Below are positions 1-11,900 of a DNA stretch of 64,000 nucleotides, one piece after another (position 1 is the first letter of the stretch; each line of letters opens with the position of its first letter). Location of the stretch: positions 83,682,360 to 83,746,359 of the forward strand of contig JASCQW010000027.1 of NCBI GenBank assembly GCA_030264375.1, read 5' to 3'. The DNA comes from Carcharhinus longimanus (Eukaryota). A program made the translations under genes and the position numbers. Under the pieces are notes generated by a model that had not been told where the DNA came from, did no database searches, and was given only the letters and a program-made list of their open reading frames with translations.

Positions 1-75
1 GGCGGAGCAGCCTCGAAAGGCTAGATGGCCTACTCCTGCTGCTATTTCTTATGTTCTTATTTGTTATGTTCTTAC
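1..75 (+). mobile_element. CR1/HER1-type LINE 3' end
   Basis: ctcgaaaggctagatggcctactcctgct...ttcttatgttcttat is the CR1 3' stem-loop plus short-repeat tail. The same motif is inverted at 47230-47306. Confidence 0.75.
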
Positions 76-155
76 TCAAATGTTGCTTGGCTTCTGCTGG
101 TTGTTGAGACATTAGCCATCAGCATCAGCTACTGCGGTTGGGCCTGTAGGTGTTC

Positions 156-431
156 TCAGGGAGTTGGCACAGTGGAAATGACGGGCTCCAAGTTCTGGGC
201 AAAAGCTCTGTTATGTTTGTACTGAATTCCTCCAGCCTTGACAGTGAAAGCAAACATTCTGGCAGGCCTGCCTGTGAATGTACACCACTGCCCTAAAGTC
301 CTCATCTGAGTCCTCTGCAGCAACACTCTTATGTGATTATGCCCTCTAGGGAGTTGGTACCCTTGCCCTTGCCCTGGTTGCAGGCCATCCATGTTCCACA
401 CCTCATGCTCACCCATAGGTGAGATCCACAT
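156..431 (-). mobile_element. Possible decayed Gypsy integrase C-terminal fragment
   Basis: RPARMFAFTVKAGGIQYKHNRAF loosely resembles the PRSYxVxTxxGxxYRRNRRHL motif at the end of Gypsy pol. Confidence 0.35.
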
Positions 432-580
432 TTATAGTACTCTTGAAATTACATGCTGCGCGGGTATCTGAACTAATATCTGTGTGTGTGACTTTGAGTG
501 ATGGTGTTTCATCATCAATAATAATAACAGAAAATCCTTGAAGGAGCAGGTCAGGCAGATTCTGTGGATTGAGAAACAGA

Positions 581-617
581 GTTAACATTTCAGGTCAGTG
601 ATCTTTCATCAGATCTG
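581..617 (-). ncRNA. Degenerate minimal hammerhead ribozyme (Penelope family 1)
   Basis: Reverse complement: cagat CTGATGA a agatc act gacct GAAA tg tt aac. Both core boxes are intact; helix II has one mismatch and helix I is weak. Confidence 0.55.
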
Positions 618-792
618 ATAAAAGTCAGAAATGTAATAGGCTTTGAACAAGTGAAAAGGAGGGAAGTGGAGAGAAGAACAAAAGGGGAAGTCTATGATAA
701 ACTGGAGGGCAGAAGAGGTTAAATGAAAAATTTCCAAGTGTAAGGCCAAAGGACTTGAGTAATGGATAAGATAAAGAAACAAAAAGATGTGT

Positions 793-1465
793 ATTGCTGA
801 AAAAGGAGTCATTCTGTCAAGGATTTTCAGTAATCAGAACAAATACAAGAATTTAAACTTTCAGCAATGTATACAGTGTGAGGAAAGGAGCACTGATAAC
901 TTGGTGAGTCAGCTGTGATTGGTCAAGACATTGCTATATTGAATGCACAAGGAGCTGTTGTCCTTCATGTTAAATTCATTCAAAGGAGGTGCAATGTCTG
1001 AACATATTCCTTTTGCCTGCAGAACCACCTTATGCTTGCAAAACTCAAAAAGTAATGGCTAATATCAGTTGTGATTCTGTGATTGGGTTGCACTTTCTGA
1101 ATAATCCTGAGTGTGCCATGAATTACGCTGACAACCAATTTAAAATGATCAGTCCGGCTCATTTATGCTTGCTGGAAGCTACATATATTCATATGCAGGG
1201 ATCTGTTCTCTGTAGGCAAAAGGAATATGCCCAAACATTGCACTTATTTTGAATAAACAGAAGCATGGTGTACAATAACTCCATTCGCCATCACAATGAC
1301 TCAACCAATTTAAGTTGACTTGTCAACCAATCAGTACCCTTGTCTCATGCAATATGAATTATTTTTCCATTTGAAATTTGATATTCTTGCATCTGTCCTG
1401 ATGATTACAACCCAGTCTCTTTTTTCAGTAATACTCAAGTTTTGTACTACAAAGCAGCTAAAATA
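793..1465. mobile_element. Penelope-like family 2, short inverted (palindromic) insertion
   Basis: ORF 989..1252 contains the GIY-YIG C-terminus (IGLHFLNNPEC...LLEATYIH...LCRQKEYAQTLHLF). The same terminus (CRQKEYVQTLHLL) is inverted at 980-1027. Flanked by atgtgt at 787-792 and 1466-1471. Confidence 0.75.
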
Positions 1466-2084
1466 ATGTGTCCAGAGAAGATATGAATTACAGGCTCATT
1501 TCTGAACACAAAATGAAGGAGATAAGAGAGAAAAGTAAATAAACTGACAATGAAACTCAGAACAAATTGGGGACAAAGGTTATGATCTAAAATTGTTGAA
1601 CTCAGTATTAGGTCAAGAAGGCTGGAAAGAGACCCATCAAAACACGAAGTGCTATTCCTTAAGTTTGCAGTGAGGTTCAGTGGAACACTGCACCACTGAA
1701 ACTCAAAGACAGAGAGAATAGAGTGGGAGCAAAGTGGAAAATTGAAATGATAAGTACTGGAAGCTCTGGGTTATGCTTGTGGACTAAATGGAAATGTTCC
1801 ACCAAACAATAACCCAGCCTATGTTTAGTCTCTCCAATGTAGTGAACACATGCAGTGAGTACATGTACCAACTTGAAAGAAAATCACTGCTTCACTTCCA
1901 AGGAATATTTTGATCCTTGAATGATGAGAAGGTGGGGAGTGGGTGGAGGTTGCGGTTGGGAGTAAAAGCATACACCTCTCATCTTCTGTGCTTGCGTGGA
2001 AAGGTGCCATTGGAAAGAGAGTGGGTGTTGAAGATGGCTGAGAAATAGGCAGCCTTATTGGTGGTACAAATATGAAATTGGAAG

Positions 2085-2445
2085 TTCATCACAGGATCAA
2101 ATGTGACACCAATGTATTACTTCCTGACTCCCCAGAGCTTGTCCACCACAAGTCAGTTTTGTAATCAAATACTTTCCACTTTGCCGAGTGTTTTCAGCGC
2201 TAACAAATTCTTAAAAACTCAACACCATCCAGGACAAAACAGCTTGATTGACACTCAATCTACCATGTTAAACATTCACATCTTCCAGCAGCAGCAGACA
2301 GTGGCAACAGTGTGCATCATCTGCAAGATGCATTGCAGCAACTTGTCATGTCTCTTTCAGTAACACTTTCCAAACCTGTAATCCCTGCCTTTGGAAGAGC
2401 AAGGCTATAGACAAATGAGAACTCCATCAACTGCAAATTCTTCAT
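2085..2445 (+). mobile_element. L2/Crack-like LINE fragment
   Basis: ctcaacaccatccaggacaaaacagcttgattg...gtgtgcatcatctgcaagatgcattgcagcaact, homologous to 6190-6850, 33650-34250 and 51600-52245. Confidence 0.7.
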
Positions 2446-2691
2446 AAGAAGGTGTACACAGACTAGCTAGAACTCATGCTCACCGCTTTAGCTTTTGCAC
2501 CCCGACTCATTACTTTAGACACTCAAAAATGTCCTTAACTCTGGCTATGCGCCTTAATCATTATAATAAACAGGCAGTTTGAAAATTTTGAGTCTCTACA
2601 CTGCAGGAATAGGCATGGTATAATCAAGCAACGCAATCCCCTTATAATTGTGAGGTGATACAAACTTGAGAATTTCGGAAATTAAAATTTT

Positions 2692-2725
2692 GTTGAAGCT
2701 TTTCATCATATACTCATTAGGACAA
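2692..2725 (-). ncRNA. Degenerate minimal hammerhead ribozyme (Penelope family 2)
   Basis: Reverse complement: ttgtc CTAATGA gtatatgat GAAA agct TC aaca, with palindromic AGCT linker and a mutated CUGANGA box. Confidence 0.5.
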
Positions 2726-2929
2726 TTTGCAAGAATATCCAAATATAAAAGGAAGAGCAATTTATACTGCATGAGAAGAGAATGATGATGAGATGTTAGG
2801 TGGACTCTGATTGATTGTCATGGCAAATGCACAAAATCTACTGAATTTCTTTAAGAGTGTATTAGACCTAAGGTTGATGCCAGTTTTCATTTCCAATTGT
2901 ATTGATAATGCAAAGTGAGCCACACAATT

Positions 2930-3228
2930 GGCAGCACAGTGGCACTGCTGCTTCACCCGGGTTCAATTGTGGCCTTGGGTCACTTTCTGTGTGGAGTTTG
3001 CACATTCTCCCTGTGTCTGTGTGGGTTTCCTTCGGGTGATCTGGTTTTCTCCCACAGTCCAAAGATGTGTGGGTTAGGTTGCTTGGCCATACTAAATTGA
3101 CCCTAGTGTCAGGGGGATTAGCAGGGTAAATATTTGGTTTTACGGGAATAGGGCCTGAGTGGGATTGTGATCGGTGCAGACTCAATGGGCCAAATGGCCT
3201 CCTTCTGCACTGCAGGGATTCCATGATC
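2930..3228 (+). mobile_element. HE1-type V-SINE (CR1-type tail)
   Basis: tRNA head ggcagcacagtggc...gggttcaatt, V-domain tttgcacattctccctgtgtctgtgtgggtttcc, tail gggccaaatggcctccttctgcactg. Confidence 0.9.
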
Positions 3229-3914
3229 TTCTAGAAGTGAGCATTTATGCAAGATGAATTTGAAGAGATTGGCAATAGGGTTACAAATGTATGTTGTGAC
3301 GTATCATAGTAAATCACTCTGATCAAACGTTCTCTGAAAACAAGGAGTTTGTTTTTATGCATGGTTTCAATTTTGGTGTGCATTCATCTGTCATCAAACG
3401 GGAAGAAATATTTGTGAAGTTCGAATTTCTGTACTCCCAGCTATTGCGCCATAAACCAGCATCCAGTGAAGACACTGAATCCTTGAATGTGCATTTAGCT
3501 GATCTTGCATACACATATTATAGGACTGTAAATGACTTGGCCGACATTCACATGCAACATGAATTTTTGATAGCACTGTGATGCCTCAAGGCCAACACAG
3601 GCATTTGTAAGCTCGACAAAGAGAATTCAATAGTCATTTTTAATAGCAACAAAATGCATGCCATTCTTAATTATGGGTCCAAATTCATATCCATTGAACC
3701 TGCCTTTCAGCATGACCAGACAGTCTTGCTCGAAAGCAAGTTAAAAATTGTTTGTTGGACTGGTGTAAAAGCAATGAGCTTCTGGGTGATATCTTTGCTA
3801 GGATTTGTCCTCACAACCTACTGCATATGTATGGGCTGCCAAAGACACACAAAAATGATGTCTCTATCTTATGCATGACTGGTTCTGCACAACATGAATT
3901 GGCCAAATGGGGAG

Positions 3915-4690
3915 ATCGTTTTATAGTGGTATTGTCACTGAACTAGTTATCCAGAGACTCAGAGCAATACTCTGGGAACCCTGGTTCAAATCCCACTACA
4001 ACCAATAGTGGACTTTGAATTCCATAAAAAAAATCTGGAATTGAAAAGTCTAACAATAACTATGAAATCATTGTTAATTCTTAAAAACCTATCTGGTTTG
4101 CTATTGTCCTTCAGGGAAGGAAATCTACTATCCTTATCTGGTCTGGTGAAAAGATTTAATTTGATTTGATTTGTTATTGTCACGTGTTAGAAACAGTGGA
4201 AAGCATTGTTTCTTGCACGCTAAACAGTCAAGGCATGCCATTCATAGAGTACAGAGGGAAGGAGGAAAGCAGTTACAAATAGGTTGAAGAGAAAGATCAG
4301 CTTAATATATGATAGGACCATTCAAAATTCTGATGACAGCAGGGAAGAAGCTGTTCTTCAGTCTGTTGGTATATGTTTTTAGACTTTTGTATTTTTTTTT
4401 CCCTATGGAAGAAGATTGAAGAGAGTATGTCTGGGGGGTGTTGGGTTCTTGACTATGCTGGCTGCTTTTCTGAGGCAGTGGGAAGTATAGACAGAGCCGA
4501 TGGATGGGAGGCTGATTTGCGTGATGGATTGGGTTATGTTCACAACCCTTTGTAATTGACTCTGGATATACAGCAATGTGTTGACTCTTAATTGTCCTCT
4601 GAAATGGTCTCGTAAGCTACTCAGTTCAAGGGCAATTAAGGCTGGACAATAAATGCTAGCCCAGCCATCATGTCTGTATCCCCAAAATGA
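3915..4690 (+). mobile_element. tRNA-derived SINE sharing its 3' tail with the L2/Crack-like LINE; split by a Rex1 insertion
   Basis: Box A/B head (tagtggt...ggttcaaatccc), body gggaaggaaatct..., tail caagggcaattaaggctggacaataaatgctagcc as at 6795-6830. Confidence 0.75.
4153..4555 (-). mobile_element. Rex1/Babar LINE 3' fragment
   Basis: LQRVVNITQSITQISLPSI...YTSHCLRKAASIVKNPTPP in ORF 4403..4705; (atttg)n tail; homologous to 52690-53325. Confidence 0.8.
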
Positions 4691-5423
4691 GTATGTTTTC
4701 CACATACACAGTGAAGGATTCCTTTACATTTGTGAAGGACATACAGGACTTGCATATTGATAGCAATGTCATGTCCATGTGCTCATTTGACATTGATAGC
4801 CTGTTCACCAATGTATCAAAAAAGCCATAGACATTTGTACTAAAGCATGACATCATGGTAATCTAGACCGACCACCACTGTGTGAATCAGTATTCATTGA
4901 ACTTATGAACTTAACAATTCATGTAATTATGTCAGTTTTAACCGCAACATGTTTACTCAAATAGATAGTGTTGCCATGGGATCCCCTTTAGGTCCACGCC
5001 TCACAAACATCTTTGTTGGGTTCCATGATAAACATGACTTTATTGGAATGACACCCAACCTCCTTCCCCTTGCATGTTTCCACTATGTGAAAGATGTATT
5101 TGCTATCTTTGATTCTGCAGCTGCATGTAAAAATTTCTTTACACACTTTAATGAGCTCCATCCTGCTCTCAAATTCACCTTTGAAATGAAGCATTCCAAT
5201 GCGTTTCTTTTCCTTGATGTGCTAATTGTGAAATCTGCTGATGGGTTCTCCACTATCATCCGCCACAAGCCCACTTCACTGGTCAATGTAGACATTGAGA
5301 TTTCCACAGTTCTATGTGTTGTAAAATTGTCCTTGTCAGCAACTTTGAAAATTGGGCCTGAGCCATTTGCTCACCTTGCAAGCATTGATACATTGTTCCT
5401 TTTACAGGTGGTATTCTTGCGAT

Positions 5424-5459
5424 TTGTCCTGATGAGTTCAAAACAAACAATTTTGACAA
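5424..5459 (+). ncRNA. Degenerate minimal hammerhead ribozyme (Penelope family 2, 3' copy)
   Basis: ttgtc CTGATGA gttcaaaac aaac aatt tt gacaa. Helix I (ttgtc/gacaa) is intact; the GAAA box is mutated. Confidence 0.5.
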
Positions 5460-6189
5460 CACATGTCCTTTTTTTAGCAATACACAATCCCCATTTTTGA
5501 GTTTGGGCTTTGCCCAAGTTTTTAATCATTGATGATAAGATTTGCCATTCATCCAGGTTTGTTTGCTTCTTTCATCCTATCAAATGATGGAAAAGGCTTG
5601 AAAGTACTAACACTATCTAAACCGTTATTAGAATAAGTACTTTAAAGTTAGCTGTGCTTTTGCATTTTATTTAGAATAATCAAAACAAAGTGAAATATGA
5701 ACTTATGCACTGTATCTGAATTAACTTTGATAAGAAAAACAATGTAATTAAGTTTGTACAAGGGGTTGTTTATTTACACAAAGGGAATATCATACATGCC
5801 CAGATTTATTTACTTCTGTAACTGTGATCTGTAAAAGGAACAAATTAGTTTCTTTTTCTGTCGAACTTGTATGGGTTCTCTTACATATTTTTGGCTATCA
5901 TGAAATAAAAGTTCTATGAATTTGTATACATTTGCTGGCACACTTTGGCTGCATATTTACATATTTGGTCAAATTTTATTTTTATCAATGTCAATGAGTA
6001 AAAAAAATCAGAACTGAAAAGTGATGTATTTACCAATCAGCAAGGAGTGAGCACAATGAAATCTACCATTGCAGAAACTATCAGCAACAAAACGGGCAGA
6101 TTTTAATGTGTTTCTTAATTCATTTGTATGGAATGTAGGCCTCGCTGACTAGACCATCATTTATTGCTCTTCCCTCATTACTCTTGTGA

Positions 6190-6850
6190 AGTGGCAAGTA
6201 ACAATTGTGCCATACAGATGCCAAACAATAGCCATCTCCAACAGGGGAGAATCTAAAAGATCATCCCTTGACATTCAGTGCCATTACCATCATTGAATCT
6301 CCCACTATCAAACCTGGTGTTATCATTGACCAGAAACTCAACTGTACCAGCCACTTAAATACTGCGGCTACAAAAGCAGGTCAGAGTCTGGGAATTCTGC
6401 AACAAATAAATCACCTACTGACTCGACAAGCCTGTCCACCACCTACCGAGCACAAGTCAGAAGTATGATGGAATGCTCTTTAATTGCTAGGAAGAATGCA
6501 GCTCCAACCACACTCAAGAAACTCAACAACATCCAGGACAAAACAGCTCATTTGATTGGCAACCCTTCCACAAGAATTCATTCCCTTCACCACCAACACA
6601 AGTGGCAGCAGTATCATCTACAAGGTACACTGCAGGAACTCACCAAGGCTTCTTAGAAAGCACCTTCTAAACCCAAGACCACTACATTCAGAAGAACAAG
6701 GGCAACAGATATATCAGAACACTGTCACCTGGATTTACTTACTTACACCACGTGCATTATAGTGGTTCAAGAAAGCAGCTCACCACCATATTCTCAAAGG
6801 CAATTAGCGATGGGCAATGAGTGCTGGCCTAGTCAGCATCCTGTGAATGT
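6190..6850 (+). mobile_element. L2/Crack-like LINE 3' part
   Basis: GVIIDQKLNCTSHLN and MMECSLIARKNAAPTTLKKLNNIQDKTAHLIG; 3' tail ggcaattagcgatgggcaatgagtgctggcc. Confidence 0.8.
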
Positions 6851-6869
6851 CTAAACCTGTGAATGCCTA

Positions 6870-8180
6870 ATAGGCACTGGTGAGTGTCTTCTTGAACCAT
6901 CGTAGTCCCTGCAGTGTGAGTACACCCATTGTGCTGTTAGGGAAGAAATTCCAGGATTTTGACCAAGTGACAGTGAAGGAATTGCAATACATTTTTAGTC
7001 AGGGTGGTGAATGGTCAAGTGTTCGGAAGGTGTTGCATAAGGAATCTTGGTGAGTTTCTACAATGTATTTTGTAGATGCCATTGTTGATCAGTAGTGAAG
7101 AGAGTAAATGTTTGTGGAAGGGCTGCTTTGTCCTGGATAGTGTCAAACTTTTTTGCGTGTTGTTAGAGCTGCACTCATCCAGGCCAGGAGAGATGAAACT
7201 ATCACAGTCATGGCTTGTGCCTGGTAGATGTGGATAGACTTTGGGGAATTAAAAGTGAGCTACTTGTCACAGAACTCCTAGCCTCTGAACTGCTCTCATA
7301 GCCGCAGTCTTTATATGGCTCGTGCAATTCAGTTTCTGTTCAATGGTAACCCCCAGAATGTTGACAGTCGGGGATTCAGTGATGGTAATGCCATTGAATA
7401 TCAAGGGGCGATAGTTAGATCCTGTCTTGTTGGAGATGGTCATTGACTGGAACTTGTGTTGCGTAAATATTTTTTACCATTTTTCAGCCCAAGCCTAGTT
7501 TTTGCTCAGATTTTACTGCAATTGGACATTGACTGCTTCAGCATCTGAGGTGTAGTGTTGAACATTATGCAATAATCAACAAACAGCCCCGCTTCTGACC
7601 TCATGATGGATGGAATGTTCTTGATGACGCAGCTGAAGATGGTTGGGCCGAGGACAGTACTCTGAGGGCCTCTTGCAGTAATGTCCTGAAACTGAGATGA
7701 TTGACCTCCAACTACCATAACAATAATCCTTTGTGCCAGAATGCTTCCAACTAGAGAAGGGTTTTCACCCTGATTCCTGTTGATTCCAACTTTGCTAGGT
7801 CTCCTTGATGCCACACTGGGTAAACTGCTGCCTTGATGTCACTATCACCTCACCTCACCATATTCAGCTCTTTTGTTCATGTTTGAACCAAGCCTGTAAT
7901 GAGGTCAGGAGCTGAGTGACCCTAGCTGAACCCAAATTGAGCATCAGTGAGAAGGTGATTGCTAAACTGCTGATGGCTCTTTTCATCACATTACAGATAG
8001 TTGAGAGTAGACTGATGGGGCCGGTAATTGGTTGGTTTGGATTTGTCCTGTTTCTTGTGAATAAGATGTACCTGGACAAATTTTTATGTTGCTACGTGAA
8101 TGTTATTGTTGTAGTTGGGGATAGCAAGCTCTGGAGCTTATGTCTTCTGGAATATTGCTGGAAATATCAAGACCCAAAAC
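6870..8180 (-). mobile_element. L2/Crack-like LINE (RT region to 3' end)
   Basis: ITARGPQSTVLGPTIFSCVI...LFVDY (decayed GVPQGSVLGP/FADD) and PISLLSTICNVM. Confidence 0.8.
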
Positions 8181-8809
8181 CTTTGTAGCATACAGTGCCA
8201 TTAAAAAGGAGGGGAAGGCATTCAAATTGCTGAAAGTATCTTTGAAATGTGTTTGCCACCTTCTTAAACATGCACTGGGTGGAAATCAGTTTTCCCCCAA
8301 TGGATATTAGGTGGCATTTAATCAAGCACAAGGGCAGATGAGGATACACCTCATTACTAAGGTCATGGATGTCATTTCAACCAAGATCCCCATCAGCTTC
8401 ACAAGAATTTGCTGATTATTTCAGAAGTTTGTAATAAAATGTAAATATTTTTAAAAATAGAAAATTTCCAAGAAGGTGATTAAACTTACTTATACAGTAT
8501 TATTTACAGTGATCAAGTAAGTTGCAGACCATTTTCCATTATGTATCTTTTGGTCTGAGTGAAGTATAACACATTCATTCGTATCTTTTCCAAAGTGACC
8601 TCAGGGAGTTGTGAATTTCCTTGCTGGGAAAGTAGACCAATGGGAGTGAGAATTGAGGTAAGGCTGGCACCTTGTTCCAAAACACCTACACCTGGCTGGA
8701 GCAGGATGTGTATAGTTCCATTCACCCTTTTGCAGCACGATGCAAGCAATGTAATAGCACTGGCAGTATGTCCATTGTTAGAATTCCTGTTATTTCAATA
8801 TCTAGCATT

Positions 8810-9137
8810 CATAGAATCATAGAATGAAAAAGGAGGCCATTTGGCCCATCCAGTCTGCATTGACTTTCCAAAAGAGCATCTTACCCAGGTCCGATTCCCA
8901 TAAACCCACATATTTACCCCATTAATTTCCCCCTATCCTTGGCCAACTTAGCTTGGCCAATCCACCTAACCAGCACATCTTTGGAGTGTGGGAGGAAACC
9001 AGAGCACCCTAAGGAAACCCACAGAAACAAGAGAATAACATGCAAACTCCTCAGGCAATGACCCAAGCCGGGAATGGAACCCAGGTCCCTGGCAGTGTGA
9101 GGCGGCAGTGCTGACTACTGTGCCACTGTGCTGCCCC
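8810..9137 (-). mobile_element. HE1-type V-SINE
   Basis: Full head, V-domain and CR1-type tail on the minus strand. Confidence 0.9.
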
Positions 9138-9159
9138 CTGTATCGTAGTATGTTTTTTT

Positions 9160-9370
9160 CCTGTTTGTTCATGAGATGTTGGCACTGCTGGCAAAGGCCA
9201 GTATTTATTGTCCATCCTTAATTTCCTGTGAGAATGTAGTGGCAAGCCTCCTTCTTGATCCATGTGGTGTAGGTACACCTACAGTGCTGTTAGGGAGGGA
9301 GTTCAGGATCTTAATAGCAGTGAAGGAACAACATTATATTTCCAAGTCAGGATGGAGTGGGATTTGAATG
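9160..9370 (-). mobile_element. L2/Crack-like LINE 3' end
   Basis: gtaggtacacctacagtgctgttagggagggagttcagg, homologous to 6910-6960. Confidence 0.7.
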
Positions 9371-9699
9371 GGATTAAGTAATTTGTGCAGCACTCAGTGG
9401 GGACAGTGAAGCCACAGGAATAATTACAGGCTTCTTTATTTTTCTCAAAGGTTTGAAAACAAGTTTAAGTATGAACTTGGCAATCCAGTTGATGGATTTT
9501 GACAGGAAAATTATTTTCAGGCATTTATTTTTAGACAGTGCAAAAAAACATATAGGCAGAAAGAGAGACAGAGAGGGAAAAATCGGAGAGGCCTTGATGG
9601 AAAGCAAGAGAGACTGAAGTTGATTTTAAGTGACACTGAAACAGAGAAAGTTAGAAATATTGTAACAGTGAAAACAGAAGGCAGATGAGAGACCAAGGA

Positions 9700-10620
9700 T
9701 GGGATTTTGTTATCTGTACACTCAGCGTGGTGGCAGACAGGAACAGTGGCATTTTCACATCATAATGTCTACTTCTTGCCTCATTAATTATGCATTAGCA
9801 AAAAACACATTGGATCATGGGTGGGCAGCCTTAGATCTACCCGCCTCACAGCGACCTCAGCAGATCTTTGTTCTGGGCATCATATTTAATTGACACCCAT
9901 GCACAGCCTCCTCAATGTCTGAAGCCCAGGACTGCTCCATGGAAGAGAAGTTTAGTGATGCCTCACTGGCTGGTCACTGCTGAGGCCCTCTGCAATATCC
10001 TCTATTCCTGCCATGGCCAGAGAAGATCCACCAATGCCACCACTCTGGCTTGGCAGGCAGTAGCAGCAGCTCTTAGCATAAATGCCGCACACAGGAAGTC
10101 AGCCATCCAGTGCAGAAAAAGGATGAACGATCTCATCTGTTCCATTCAAATCAACTATCTCACCACTCTCAACTCTCATGTTCACAAGCCAATAAGGTTT
10201 GCAGCATAACACTTCACAGGGATCTCACACACTGCCAGATCAAGGGACATCATCACAAACTCTCACATCCTCACATCTCCATCTCAGGTCACATCCAATG
10301 TAGTTCACGTTCTCATCCTGTGCATGGCTCCACTAATCTCCCACACAAGGCAAGCATCCTTGTTATATGCCTTGGCATATCTCCTGCTCACACTCTCCAT
10401 CTATCTTTAGTCAGGACAAGCTTGCACACAATAGGAGGGAATGGTTACTAACCGGGAGTGGGGTAACCGAAATGAAGGCGCTCACTCTGTATGAAGCCCA
10501 GGCCATCACACCGACCGAAGAGGATCAGGACCTGTGCTGATGGTGAGATCTCCAGCCCAGCGGAGATCTAATGGCCTCAGCAGCTGGACCCCTGTCGCCT
10601 CCACAATATCCAGCCCGAGA
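9700..10620 (+). mobile_element. PIF/Harbinger Myb/SANT-like gene relic
   Basis: AWQAVAAALSINAAHRKSAIQCRKRMNDL (NAIF1-like Myb domain); second exon begins cag|GACAAGCTTGCACACAATAGG (DKLAHNR). Confidence 0.7.
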
Positions 10621-10964
10621 TGTCTCCTGCAGCAGATTTTAGTGGGCAGGCTGAGTCAATGTGTTCCATGGTTAGGCTGCCCGTGCGGGGTACATTGGAA
10701 ACGGTAACAATCTGGGGAGGTGGGTGTTGTTTGACAAAACTGCAATGGTGGAGGATGGAAGAGCCCACTGTAGTAAAGGTTTAAAGTATCCGTGTGAAGC
10801 CTGGGACATAACTCCTCTTCTTTCTGACCACAGTTTAAAAATTGAAAGGAAAATCACTTACTGGAGCCTCCTGTGGCCAGAAGCGTTGCTGCACCAACTT
10901 TCACTGGGGGTAGGTTGGATACCTCTCAGAGTTAAGTATTTGAATCTCAATTATATCACTGGGA

Positions 10965-11090
10965 CACCAGTGTCAGGGGGACTAGTAAGGTAAATGCATG
11001 GGGTTTTGGAGATAGGGCCTGGGTGGGATTGTGGCTAATGTAGACTCATTGGGCCGAATGACCTCCTTCTGCACTGTAAGGATTGGATGA
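10965..11090 (+). mobile_element. HE1 SINE 3' fragment
   Basis: gatagggcctgggtgggattgtgg...gggccgaatgacctccttctgcactgtaagg. Confidence 0.8.
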
Positions 11091-11439
11091 TAACTTAACT
11101 CTGCTCATTAAATTAAGCCCACATTTCTGGCTTTCCCATACCTAAATCCAGTCAAGTAAAAATGTTGGGAAGCAGCTATGTGCTGGGAACATGGCATGCC
11201 CCTCTCTTGTGCCATCTTAACTTTGTCCAAACTGATTCTAGTTGTTAGGGGGTTGGGAGAGAGTGCCTGTGGGTTGAAACTGAGCCTACCATCTCAAGGG
11301 AATAATTAAACTTTGGCAGAAAGACTATTCTTAGTTCTGCGTGCTCACTGCAATGATTGTATTGTATCGCCCAGTATGAGGTAAGCTGCTGACTGGCTGC
11401 AGGCTCAGCAGGAGGCCCTGATGCATGTGGGGACACAAT

Positions 11440-11900
11440 AATATTACCATTGGAAGAGCAAGCCAGAGAGAGGGAGTGCAAGTTCTCTGATATGGCACTG
11501 GGTGCCTCAGTCCTGGAGGTCAAAAGGAGGAGAAGGGTCATGTTTCCGCAATGGCGAAGATGGCCCTGCAAAAGGATTAAGAGCAGATGTCCATTACATC
11601 GCTCACCTCTCNNNNNNNNNNCCCCATCAGCCACCCACTAGCAATCTCGAATATTCAAGACTTATACCTGATATTCAGTTGCTCCAATTCAGTCTCATCC
11701 ACTTATGCTGAAAGCATCACTCACACATCTCATAACTTCCACATACTTCCAGCTTAATCAGTTACAACAAGTACATCACTCAAACACACTGCAACATACT
11801 CGCATCACACCCTCTGTCTCGCAGGACAAGGTCACATATCACAGAAGGAAGCAGCAGTTCCTGGCAATTGGCAGGCATGTCTGAATCCATTGAGCCCTTT
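11440..11900 (+). mobile_element. PIF/Harbinger Myb-like gene relic
   Basis: ARERECKFSDMALGASVLEVKRRRRVMFP resembles RAPRFSxxxLExLVEEV; second exon gcag|GACAAGG at ~11825. Confidence 0.6.

Larger units (their letters stand above)
520..2050 (-). mobile_element. Penelope-like element family 1 (GIY-YIG region and 3' pseudo-LTR), interrupted at 793-1465
   Basis: Minus ORF 1677..1871 reads HYIGETKHRLGYCLVEHFHLVHKHNPELPV (GIY-YIG endonuclease). Terminal sequence at 520-617 matches the arms at 57121-57297 and the relic at 31550-31640. Confidence 0.75.
2690..5475 (+). mobile_element. Near full-length decayed Penelope-like retroelement (family 2) with inverted 5' pseudo-LTR; contains SINE and LINE insertions
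   Basis: RT motifs in ORF 4949..5500: QIDSVAMGSPLGPRLTNIFVGF, HYVKDVF (decayed YVDD), ELHPALKFTFE, FLDVLI. Upstream frames give LHMYGLPKTHK and SFDIDSLFTNV. Hammerhead remnants at 2692-2725 (-) and 5424-5459 (+). Confidence 0.85.

Noticed and set aside
2930-2990. tRNA genes at box A/box B motifs here and at other SINE heads
   Set aside because: No complete cloverleaf; each continues into a SINE body.
4949-5500. 183-aa ORF as a functional gene
   Set aside because: Penelope RT relic with a mutated catalytic motif (YVKD) and frameshifts.
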